Source: Verrucomicrobiia bacterium (lineage in GTDB: Bacteria; Verrucomicrobiota; Verrucomicrobiia; Limisphaerales; DASXHY01). From it: a DNA stretch of 64,000 bases. Below, piece after piece: positions 29,068-38,148 of the stretch (the stretch's first letter is position 1; each line of letters opens with the position of its first letter). Location: the NCBI GenBank assembly GCA_035629175.1, contig DASPIL010000040.1, positions 40,255 through 104,254 on the forward strand. The letters are read 5' to 3'. Position numbers and translations under genes: made by a program. The notes beneath the pieces are model-generated. The model had not been told where the DNA came from, did not search any database, and saw only the letters and a program-made list of their open reading frames with translations.

Positions 29068-29140
29068 AAAATATACTGGTTTTCCGGAACAAACGGCTGC
29101 TGCCGCCAAGCCTATCAGGCATTTCCAAAAAGGAGCGAGG

Positions 29141-29169
29141 AGCCTAGTCCCGGCCACAAGGCATTGCAA
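29141..29169 (-). promoter_or_regulatory. Putative sigma70 promoter of rpsP
   Basis: Minus strand TTGCAA-N17-TAGGCT. Confidence 0.55.
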
Positions 29170-29238
29170 GTCCTCATTTGATTCTCACTTCTATCAAAAT
29201 TCCTTGCATCCCCGAGCCCCGCCGTTTGTTATGCACGG

Positions 29239-30597
29239 GTGTCGCCCCCATTGCAGTCGAACCCACAATTTTCATCGAGCGCCAACCTCGAACTGAATCT
29301 TGGCCTGGATGCTCTACCCCCACGGAAGATCCAGGAACGCTCCGCCCCAGTCGTCACCACCGAAATGCCGGGCCAGAGCCTGGCAGACCAACTCGCGCGC
29401 TTTTGCGAGTTTGGAGAGGCGACGCGCACCCTCGTGACTTCAATTGAAACGGAATCCCGAAAGCATCATGTTCCCACTTTCGTCAACGAGTTCTGGACCG
29501 CGCGCCAGCGACAGGCCAATTCATTGCATGAAATCTCCTATCGTGCCTGCTTCAAACCACAATTGCCGAGATTTTTCATCGCGCGGCTGACTCAGCCTGG
29601 CGACGCGGTCTATGATCCTTTCATGGGCCGCGGCACCACGCCTGTCGAGGCCGCATTGCTGGGGCGAATCCCCTCCGGCAATGATATCAACCCACTCTCG
29701 GTGCTGATGACTGCGCCGCGATTGCGTCCGCCCACTCTTTCCGATATCGCGAAACGGGTCAGCGAAATTGATTTGTCTGATGCGGGTGAAATGCCTGAGG
29801 AACTCCTCGTGTTCTACCATCCAGACACGCTTAGAGGGATCAGCGCTTTGCGAAAATACTTCAAACAGCAACGCGCCAGCGGAGGATTCGATTCGATCGA
29901 CGCTTGGTTGGAGATGGTTTCGCTCAACCGACTGACGGGCCACTCCCCGGGATTCTTTTCCGTTTACACGCTGCCGCCTAACCAGGCCGTTTCAGTAAAA
30001 TCGCAGTTGAAGATCAACGCAAAGCGGAACCAGGTTCCGCCACCGCGGGACGTGACAGCCATCCTACTGAAAAAGTCGAAACAGCTGCTGAGCGATTGCA
30101 CGCCAGAAGTACGTCGGATGCTTTCGTCAGTGGCGGATTCAGCGCGTCTGCTGACTTCGCCAGCCGCCGCCACACGGGATCTCGCCTCCGAATCCATCAC
30201 GCTTGTTGTCACTTCGCCCCCGTTCCTGGATATCGTTCAGTATGCCACCGACAACTGGCTGCGCTGCTGGTTTGCAGATATCGATCCCGATAATGTCTCG
30301 ATTACAACCCCAAAAAAAATCGGCGTTTGGCAGGCAGCGATGACGGACGTTTTTCGGGAGTTGCAACGGGTCTTGAAGCCCGGCGGCCACGTGGCATTTG
30401 AAGTCGGCGAAGTGCACGGCGGCGCAACGCGGCTCGAGGAAGCGGTCCTGCCGTGCGGACTTGCCGCAGGACTGGAACCGTTGCTCATCATGATCAACGA
30501 CCAGCAGTTTACAAAGACTGCGAACTGCTGGGGCGTGGACAATATGTCCAAGGGAACCAACACGAACCGGATCGTGGTATTTAGAAAGCGAAGCTGA
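29239..30597 (+). CDS. Orphan N4/N6 amino-methyltransferase (DNA methylase-like); start may be 29365
   Basis: Motif I YDPFMGRGTT, motif IV VTSPPF, RVLKPGG. Confidence 0.85.
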   Translation: MSPPLQSNPQFSSSANLELNLGLDALPPRKIQERSAPVVTTEMPGQSLADQLARFCEFGEATRTLVTSIETESRKHHVPTFVNEFWTARQRQANSLHEISYRACFKPQLPRFFIARLTQPGDAVYDPFMGRGTTPVEAALLGRIPSGNDINPLSVLMTAPRLRPPTLSDIAKRVSEIDLSDAGEMPEELLVFYHPDTLRGISALRKYFKQQRASGGFDSIDAWLEMVSLNRLTGHSPGFFSVYTLPPNQAVSVKSQLKINAKRNQVPPPRDVTAILLKKSKQLLSDCTPEVRRMLSSVADSARLLTSPAAATRDLASESITLVVTSPPFLDIVQYATDNWLRCWFADIDPDNVSITTPKKIGVWQAAMTDVFRELQRVLKPGGHVAFEVGEVHGGATRLEEAVLPCGLAAGLEPLLIMINDQQFTKTANCWGVDNMSKGTNTNRIVVFRKRS

Positions 30598-30604
30598 CGC
30601 GCGC

Positions 30605-31228
30605 TCACGTTGCCGGAGCACGGATCGCCTCCCCGTTTCTCCCTCGGTTGAGAGAGGGTCGCGGCTCGGATCTGAAGTTGATCTTTACCCCGAAATTCCC
30701 ACGCGGCCGCCACCCAAAGTACGAATCGAATTTCGGGCGGTTGTATGCCACAAATGGCAGCCAGATGAACCGGTGCCTCGCGGCGGAGAAGTGCCAGCCG
30801 CCGTTTGGATTCCGATGGCCCCGGGGGTAACGGCCGCTGCGCTCATGATGTTTGTCCGCGATTCCGATCACGTAGAACGTGAAGTTGTGAAATGGATTTC
30901 GCATCGCCCATTTGAATTCCCTTCCGCCCTCGCCGGGTCGGTACCACGCGGGCGGAGCCGGATCATCGATATTCTTCAACCACCACACCGGATTGAATTT
31001 TTGCCACGTGCAAATGTCGTGCTCACGGCGCGGCTTGATTTCAACGGTATGCCATTGCCCGGCCATCGGGTGTGCGTTGGTGCGGGGCAAATTCGCCGCT
31101 GCGCCTGGCGTGCCTGGAGAATGTCTCACAACAGTCCCGCACCCCGTTGTAAACACAAGGATAGCGAGGAAGACAATGCTGCCGAACACGGCGATCACAC
31201 AACGCGCGAAACCTTTCATGAATGACAT
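30605..31228 (-). CDS. Hypothetical Trp/Arg-rich lipoprotein
   Basis: Hydrophobic signal ending TTGC; aromatic-rich globular region. Confidence 0.6.
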   Translation of the reverse strand: MSFMKGFARCVIAVFGSIVFLAILVFTTGCGTVVRHSPGTPGAAANLPRTNAHPMAGQWHTVEIKPRREHDICTWQKFNPVWWLKNIDDPAPPAWYRPGEGGREFKWAMRNPFHNFTFYVIGIADKHHERSGRYPRGHRNPNGGWHFSAARHRFIWLPFVAYNRPKFDSYFGWRPRGNFGVKINFRSEPRPSLNRGRNGEAIRAPAT

Positions 31229-31388
31229 TCCATTGCGGGTTCAGGCATGCAAGCTTGCACCTATTTGAAACAAGTCCATCGCGAAACTTCCCGAACCACT
31301 CCGGCCGGTTATCAACTGTATGCACATTGCTCTAACGGCCAAAGCATCTGCAGGAACTGCTTGTTCCCTTGAATGATTCTGTTCTTCT

Positions 31389-34300
31389 ATGCGCATGCAT
31401 TCACCGATCCGTCTGGGCGGCTGGCTTTGCTTCTTTCTGCTTCTCGTCTCAACCCTTGACGCTGCTGTTCGGCTGGAACAACTCCGATGCGAACACGCCG
31501 AGAATCCGATCGGCATCGGCATTCGCGAACCCCGCCTTTCATGGAAACTCCGGTCCTCGCGCCGCGGCGAAGTTCAAACAGCTTACGAAATTCGCGCAGC
31601 GGATTCTGTCGATGCCTTGCAGCGGGACGCCGCATTGTTGTGGACCTCCGGCCAAGTTATCTCGGACCAATCTGTCCTCGTTCCGTGGCGCGGCCCCATG
31701 CTCAAATCCCGCGACCGCGTGTTTTGGAAGGTCCGCGTGTGGGACAAGAACAATCGGCCGACCGCCTGGAGCGACGCTGCCTATTTTGAGCTCGGCCTTC
31801 TCGAACCAAAAAGCGAATGGCACGCGCACTGGATCACTTCCGAGATTCCTCGACATGACATTCTCGGGACCCTCATGACCAGCGCTTCGTGGATCAGCGG
31901 AGGATCAACAGCATCCCAATCGGCCTCCGCGCGATTGTCGCTTGTTCTCCCGCAGGGGGCAGTCGTCCGGCGCGCGAGCATTGACGCAGCAGGCGACGGA
32001 CTGCTGACGATCTTCGCGAACGGAAATGCCACACGCCAGGGCAGCAGCAGCCGCACAGCGCCATTGCATGCGGATGTTGGAGAACAGTTGCGTCCCGGAA
32101 CGAACATCATAGGCATTGGGTCAGCCGCGGTCCGCGGCGCAGTTCGACGCAATCTACAGGGACCAGGCCGGAATGCCATCGCGGCGCGGGGGGTTGTTGA
32201 ACTGGAGGACGGCAGCCAGATCGAGTTCAACACGGGCCAAACGCTGGAAGGCATGGGCCAGTCGTGGCGAGCGGCGATCAATCCCCCGACGAACTGGTTC
32301 GCGCCCGGATTTGATGATTCAGAATGGGCGCCGGCAATCGTGCATGGAACGTATGCGGCCAATCCCTCGCAATTCGTTGATCACACGATCGGGCCTGCCC
32401 GCTACTTCCGAAAGGATTTCCAGGCGAATCGCCAGCCCGCGCGAGCACGGCTGTACGCAGCGGCGCTTGGCACCTATGACGTTTCAATCAACGGAAGGCG
32501 TGTTCACGACTCGCTGCTGAATCCCGGTTGGACTGACTACAAGCAACGCGTGATGATGCAGACTTACGATGTAACTCGTTTTATCTCTCGTGGCAGCAAT
32601 GCAATCGGGGCGGTTCTGACCGATGGCTGGTACGCTGGCCGCGTCGGGTGGATGGGCTTGGCCCAATACGGATCGCGTCCGGCCTTTGCCGCGCAACTGG
32701 AACTGACGTACTCCGACGGTTCTACAGAAGTGATCGCAACGGATGCCTCGTGGAAAGCCGGCGCTGGACAAATCGCCGGCTCGGACATGCAGTGGGGCGA
32801 GACGATTGACGCGCGCCTTGCGCAGCCTGGTTGGGATGAGCCGCTGTTCAACGGTCATTCGTGGGCCCGTGCGGAGGTGGAAAAACACGATATCCCATTG
32901 TCCCCTCAAGTCGGTCCGCCTGTTCGGCGCGTGATGGAACTCGCCCCTAGAGAAATCAAGCGGCGAGGCGACAGGTGGATCGTGGATTTCGGGCAGAATC
33001 TCGTCGGGTTTGTTCGCCTTACAACCCACGGCCCCGCCGGCACGACCATCGTGCTACGCCATGGCGAAATGCTCGACGCTGATGGCGGGCTCTACGTCGA
33101 AAATCTGCGCCCTGCACTTTCCACTGACACGTTCATCCTCAATGGCAAGTCAGGGCGCGAAACATTTGAGCCTCGCTTCACGTTTCATGGCTTTCGATAC
33201 GTTGAAATCACCGGCTTTCCTGGCAGGCGCCTATCCTCCGATGCCATTCGCGCCGTCGCCGTGAGTTCCGACACACCTTTCAATGGCCGCTGGGAAAGTT
33301 CCGATCCGAATCTCAACCGGCTTTATCAGAACATCGTCTGGAGCCAGCGCGGCAACTTCCTGAGTGTTCCGACCGATTGTCCGCAACGAGATGAGCGGAT
33401 GGGTTGGACCGGCGACGCGCTGGTGTTCGCTTCGACCGCGGCCCGGAACGCTGATGTGGCTGGATTTTTCAGCAAATGGCTGATTGACGTTGCGGATGCC
33501 CAGGGTTCCCGCGGCGAAATTCCGACGGTGATTCCCCGCGCGAACCAGAACAATTCGTGGGCAGTGTGGGGCGACGCGGGCGTCATCGTCCCATGGGTGA
33601 TGTATCAGTCGTATGGGGACACTGCATTTCTTGCAAACCATTATACCAACATGGTGCGATGGGTTGAATTCAGTCGTGAAAGTTCAAGCGATCTCATCCG
33701 CAGCGGTGGCGTGGGAGACCACCTTGCGCCGCAGCGAACACCCGTCGACGTCGTGGCAACGGCATTCTTCGCGAACTCCGCCTCCATCGCGGCGCGAACG
33801 GCCTCGATCTTGGGAAAACCTGACGACGCCGCTCGATATGAAACCTTGCATCGAGACATCGTTGCCGCATTCAATCGCGCTTTTGTTTCGTCGAACGGAA
33901 TTGTCCGGGGCGATAGCCAGACCGCCTACATTCTCGCGCTGCAATTTAACCTTCTGCCCGAACACCTGCGTGCCGATGCGGCAGCCCGCCTGGCGCGGAA
34001 CATCGAAACCAGCGGCCATTTGACAACGGGCTTTGTGGGGGTCGGCTTGATCTGTCCGGTGCTAACGCAGATTGGCCGGCCCGATCTGGCATGGCGGCTG
34101 GTTCTGAATGATACATATCCGTCATGGCTCTTTTCCGTGAAGAACGGCGCCACGACAATTTGGGAACGCTGGGACGGCTGGACGCCGGAACGCGGGTTTC
34201 AGGATTCGTCGATGAATTCCTTCAATCACTACTCGTTCGGAGCAGTCGGCGAATGGTTGTTCTCCAGCGGGGCTGGGATCCATCGGGACGACAACCAGCC

Positions 34301-34601
34301 CGGTTACCGGCATTTCTTCCTGCGCCCACAATTCACCCCCCGACTTCGGTATATCAAAGCCGCACAGGAGACGCCGTATGGAACCATCTCATCGCACTGG
34401 CGGATCAGAGGGAACCAAATCGACTACGATGTCACAGTCCCGCCGAATTCTTCCGCAACGTTTGAGCTGCCTTTGGAAGCCGGCCGCGTTCGGGAATCCG
34501 GAAAACCTTTGCGATCACAAACAGCGGGCACCCGAGTCCGCCTTGAGGCGGGAAAGTATCGATTCTCCTTTCCCGCAGCGGATCTGATGGGAAGCGAGTG
34601 A
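31389..34601 (+). CDS. Secreted alpha-L-rhamnosidase (GH78)
   Basis: PRLSW, DFGQNLVG, FTFHGFRY, PTDCPQRDERMGWTGD, GATTIWERW, NSFNHY. Confidence 0.95.
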   Translation: MRMHSPIRLGGWLCFFLLLVSTLDAAVRLEQLRCEHAENPIGIGIREPRLSWKLRSSRRGEVQTAYEIRAADSVDALQRDAALLWTSGQVISDQSVLVPWRGPMLKSRDRVFWKVRVWDKNNRPTAWSDAAYFELGLLEPKSEWHAHWITSEIPRHDILGTLMTSASWISGGSTASQSASARLSLVLPQGAVVRRASIDAAGDGLLTIFANGNATRQGSSSRTAPLHADVGEQLRPGTNIIGIGSAAVRGAVRRNLQGPGRNAIAARGVVELEDGSQIEFNTGQTLEGMGQSWRAAINPPTNWFAPGFDDSEWAPAIVHGTYAANPSQFVDHTIGPARYFRKDFQANRQPARARLYAAALGTYDVSINGRRVHDSLLNPGWTDYKQRVMMQTYDVTRFISRGSNAIGAVLTDGWYAGRVGWMGLAQYGSRPAFAAQLELTYSDGSTEVIATDASWKAGAGQIAGSDMQWGETIDARLAQPGWDEPLFNGHSWARAEVEKHDIPLSPQVGPPVRRVMELAPREIKRRGDRWIVDFGQNLVGFVRLTTHGPAGTTIVLRHGEMLDADGGLYVENLRPALSTDTFILNGKSGRETFEPRFTFHGFRYVEITGFPGRRLSSDAIRAVAVSSDTPFNGRWESSDPNLNRLYQNIVWSQRGNFLSVPTDCPQRDERMGWTGDALVFASTAARNADVAGFFSKWLIDVADAQGSRGEIPTVIPRANQNNSWAVWGDAGVIVPWVMYQSYGDTAFLANHYTNMVRWVEFSRESSSDLIRSGGVGDHLAPQRTPVDVVATAFFANSASIAARTASILGKPDDAARYETLHRDIVAAFNRAFVSSNGIVRGDSQTAYILALQFNLLPEHLRADAAARLARNIETSGHLTTGFVGVGLICPVLTQIGRPDLAWRLVLNDTYPSWLFSVKNGATTIWERWDGWTPERGFQDSSMNSFNHYSFGAVGEWLFSSGAGIHRDDNQPGYRHFFLRPQFTPRLRYIKAAQETPYGTISSHWRIRGNQIDYDVTVPPNSSATFELPLEAGRVRESGKPLRSQTAGTRVRLEAGKYRFSFPAADLMGSE

Positions 34602-34615
34602 CATCGCCCGCTCCC

Positions 34616-36112
34616 TCACATCTGGAAGAACTTGCGAAGACGATCAACGAATGTTTCCCGATAGGCGGCATGTGTGGCGTGGAGCACATGGGTCTCGGTC
34701 TGTTTTGCGATGATGCCCTCGTTCTCCATCTGACGCTGGGCTAGCAGTTCGCTCAGCTTGTGCAGGAGCTCGGGATTTGACTTGAGGCTCTTTGCGACCA
34801 CTGCCTTGCTGATTTCCACGACTTCGCAATCCTTCGTTGCGACAACCGTGGCGCTGCGCCTTTCACCTGTCAGTAATGACATTTCCCCAAAGCAATCCCC
34901 TGACGAGAGGGACGCCACTTGAGTCTGAAACTCATTCCGTTCCACCATGACGTTTGCCTGGCCTTCGACGAGGATGAACATCGACTGGCCTTCGTCGCCC
35001 TGTTCAATCAACTTTTCGCCCTGTCCGAAATGCACGATGCGGCCGCGCGGCAGCAATGCATCAAGTTCCTCATCTGACAGGCACTTGAACAGTTGCTGCT
35101 GGCGCAGAATGCCGCGCGCGGCCGTCTGCATTTCCAGCTCGCGCGATCTTGACGGGCGTTCAATCCTTACGGTCCGCACGGGAAGGGCGATCTTTATCCC
35201 GTGCCTCTGCAACCCATACCAAACGTTCGTATGCACTGCATCGCGCACGTCGTTGTACAAGGCGTTATCATTGATCCAGAACTGGATCTCATACTCAGCG
35301 TAATATTCGCGGTAGTCCTTCAGGAACGTTCGTATGCGCGGCTCCGGCAGCACCCCCTTGGCATTCGCAGTGGCGTGGTGAAGCACTTCCTTCACTCGCG
35401 ACGGCGGAGCGCCATAATCGATCGGAACCGAGATGCGGAGTGAATGCAACGAATCCGGGTAGTGATAATTCACGATCGTTTGCCTCACCAGCTCACGGTT
35501 CGGAATGTCGAGATAAACGGCGTCGCGCGTTCGAAGCCGTGTTGCGCGCCAGTTGATTTCCATCACTTGCGCGCGGTGCTCGTTCACCTGCAGCCAGTCA
35601 CCCGCCTTGAACGGCTGCTCAAAATGAATGGCAAAGCCAGCAATGATGTTCCCGAGCAAGTCCTGGAGTGCAAGGCCGAGGATGATCGCGACAATTCCCG
35701 AACCTGCGAGCAAGCCGGGGATCTTCACATCGTAGAGCACCCGCAGGACAACCAGGATTGCGACCATGAAAATCGCGAGGGCGGTGGCGTCGCTCACGAG
35801 CTTCGGCACCCGTGTTTCCCGGCGCTGGCTGAAGCGAACCTCCCACACGTAGCGCTTGACCAGCGCATTGATGAAGAACGGCACCGTCAGGACGACAACC
35901 GCCAGAATTTCGCGCCGCGAAGTCCAATGAACATCCAGCAACGCCGCGGGAATCCAAATCGCAAGCGCGAGACTGAAGACGTGATACATCCACCCCAAGT
36001 CGACGCGATGGACCCGTTTAAGACGGCGGCCCAGCAGGACGAGGAGGCAGTACAGGCCGGGAACGGAAAGCAGCAGCAGGACGTTTTTCGAGACTTCGCT
36101 GAGTTCGGCCAT
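34616..36112 (-). CDS. MscS mechanosensitive channel with C-terminal cNMP-binding domain
   Basis: GLALQDLLGNIIAG, PFKAGDW, INWRAT; FGEMSLLTGERRSATV. Confidence 0.92.
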   Translation of the reverse strand: MAELSEVSKNVLLLLSVPGLYCLLVLLGRRLKRVHRVDLGWMYHVFSLALAIWIPAALLDVHWTSRREILAVVVLTVPFFINALVKRYVWEVRFSQRRETRVPKLVSDATALAIFMVAILVVLRVLYDVKIPGLLAGSGIVAIILGLALQDLLGNIIAGFAIHFEQPFKAGDWLQVNEHRAQVMEINWRATRLRTRDAVYLDIPNRELVRQTIVNYHYPDSLHSLRISVPIDYGAPPSRVKEVLHHATANAKGVLPEPRIRTFLKDYREYYAEYEIQFWINDNALYNDVRDAVHTNVWYGLQRHGIKIALPVRTVRIERPSRSRELEMQTAARGILRQQQLFKCLSDEELDALLPRGRIVHFGQGEKLIEQGDEGQSMFILVEGQANVMVERNEFQTQVASLSSGDCFGEMSLLTGERRSATVVATKDCEVVEISKAVVAKSLKSNPELLHKLSELLAQRQMENEGIIAKQTETHVLHATHAAYRETFVDRLRKFFQM

Positions 36113-36241
36113 TGCGCAGAAGCCTAATGAAGGCCCGCCGCAACCTCAACCTCACGCTTGTGGCAGTTCAGCGACCTTCTTGCATTCAGACCGAACGCCC
36201 GGGCCCGGTTTCCGAAACCGATACCCGGGCGCGCAATCGGG

Positions 36242-37066
36242 TCACGATCCCAGCGTCATTGTTTCATTTCGAACTCGCATTGAACCGGCAGCGACCACTC
36301 CCAACAGGGCGCAACCAGCCACCTCGAATGGCAGTGAATCAGGAACCGTGCTTGGAGCTTGCGCAGCAGCCACGTGCGGAATGAGTGAGAAGTCATCAAT
36401 GGCCAGGCCGTGGTCGCCATTCAAGTCGTCTCGTTCGATCCAGCGCACCCACAGCGTGTCTCCGGATTCCCACGTCAGGCCGGTTAATTCTCCGCCGACA
36501 TTGGGAACCTTGCCGATCGCGTTTCCATCCACCGCAGACGCGGCCCCGCCGAACACGGGCGACATCCAATCGAAGGAGCCGCCCGGAGCCATCCAGGAAC
36601 TGACCGTTTCAAATGTTTGCCCGAAGCCATATTCAAAATTCATGGCTTGCGGCACGAGCGCTCCACCATTCCGCCATTGTTCGCCATTCCAATTGAGCGT
36701 GACGGATGTAAACGTTGAGGGACTCGCATTTTGAAATGACGCCGCAATCCATCCCCAAAAGCTTCCCGAGCCGATCGAACCCAGCGCTCTATCCGAAGTT
36801 TCCCGGGTGCTGAAGCTGTAAAAAGTGCCCGTACTGCTGGTGCCTGGCGTCGAATTGTAGAGTGTGGCTGGCGCGAGCGTTTGTTTGAAGAGATGCCAGC
36901 CAGGGATCGTAGTGTTGTTCACCCAGGTTTGTCCCGGCCCAAACTCCGCCAGAGTGTCGAAGTTCTGTGTGTAGACAACCTCTGCGTCGGTGAGTGGAAC
37001 TCCGTGCAGGTGAATTGCAGTCGATGTGATGTGGATGGTGAGCAGAAGCACGAATGTGCGTTTCAT
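36242..37066 (-). CDS. Secreted protein with a VPDSG/PEP-CTERM-like sorting signal
   Basis: Signal peptide; YTQNFDTL, GEQWR and HGLAIDDF motifs; C-terminal VPDS + hydrophobic helix + RVR. Confidence 0.7.
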   Translation of the reverse strand: MKRTFVLLLTIHITSTAIHLHGVPLTDAEVVYTQNFDTLAEFGPGQTWVNNTTIPGWHLFKQTLAPATLYNSTPGTSSTGTFYSFSTRETSDRALGSIGSGSFWGWIAASFQNASPSTFTSVTLNWNGEQWRNGGALVPQAMNFEYGFGQTFETVSSWMAPGGSFDWMSPVFGGAASAVDGNAIGKVPNVGGELTGLTWESGDTLWVRWIERDDLNGDHGLAIDDFSLIPHVAAAQAPSTVPDSLPFEVAGCALLGVVAAGSMRVRNETMTLGS

Positions 37067-37278
37067 ATATTTCCCTTTGATTCCCTTGTTGTTTGTTTCA
37101 GGCGGCTGTCCCTGCTGCGCTTGCCGCAGCGTTGAGGTAACCCTTGCCCCCGAACCGCACGAACCCAACCAGAAGCGCCGAACGGGGTCAATGAAATATT
37201 ATTCACAATTTCCCGCAACAGCAGCGTCCAGATTTCAGCCGCACAGAATCGCTTGAGCACCTTGCCAACTGGGTTTAT

Positions 37279-38073
37279 GTGATAGCCATGATCAGCCCAA
37301 CCCGGTTCCTTCGTCGCACCTGCGCGCCTGCCATCATCCTTTGTTGCATCTGTGGGATTGCAGAATTGAGAGCGGCGGACGAATCCTTCGGCTCGCGACT
37401 GGAATCGGTGATGAAGATCCGGCGTTCCGAAGTTGTGGACTGGCTAAAGTTCGAGAAAGAAGTTGCCGCGCTGCAGAAGGATTTTCCGTCCGAGGCTGCT
37501 GGCTACGATCCGTCTCTCTCGTTGATTAACCACTACCAGCCTGTCGATCCCGCAAAAGCGCGACAACTTGCGGAAGCGTTGATCCAAAGCCCGGCGCCCG
37601 AAGCATTCCGCGTGCGCGCCCAAGGCGTCCTCAACCGAATGAGCCTTCTAGGAAAACCGGTGCAAATGCGTTTCACGGCATTGGATGGAAGCGAGGTCGA
37701 CCTGGCAAAGCTCACGGGCAAGGTGGTGTTGATCGATTTCTGGGCGACCTGGTGCCGGCCCTGCATCGTGGATCTGCCGAAGGTCAAAGCTGCCTATGAG
37801 AAGTTCCACGCGGCTGGATTCGAGATCATCGGCGTGAGTTGCGACGAAAATCAACAGGCGTTGGACAGATTCTTAAAACGCCAGGAAATCACGTGGCCGC
37901 AATATTTCGATGGCCAGCGCCAGGCCGGCAATCGATTGGCCAGGGAGTTCGGAATCATCGGCGTTCCGCACATGCTTCTATTGGATCGCAACGGACACCT
38001 GCGTTTCGACAACGTGAAAGCCGGCGCCGCGGAATTCCAAATACGCATTCAGGAACTGCTGCGGGAAAAATAA
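37279..38073 (+). CDS. TlpA/ResA-like thiol-disulfide oxidoreductase
   Basis: GKVVLIDFWATWCRPC; signal peptide. Confidence 0.9.
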   Translation: MIAMISPTRFLRRTCAPAIILCCICGIAELRAADESFGSRLESVMKIRRSEVVDWLKFEKEVAALQKDFPSEAAGYDPSLSLINHYQPVDPAKARQLAEALIQSPAPEAFRVRAQGVLNRMSLLGKPVQMRFTALDGSEVDLAKLTGKVVLIDFWATWCRPCIVDLPKVKAAYEKFHAAGFEIIGVSCDENQQALDRFLKRQEITWPQYFDGQRQAGNRLAREFGIIGVPHMLLLDRNGHLRFDNVKAGAAEFQIRIQELLREK

Positions 38074-38148
38074 TACACGTTCAAACATGGATCGCCGCGG
38101 AGTGTCTCGTCATCGACACTCCGCAGCTGTTAATCCAACGATAGGTGA

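Noticed and set aside
29239..31228. Methyltransferase plus convergent ORF as a restriction-modification pair
   Set aside because: The partner has a lipoprotein-like signal and no visible PD-(D/E)xK, HNH or GIY-YIG motif
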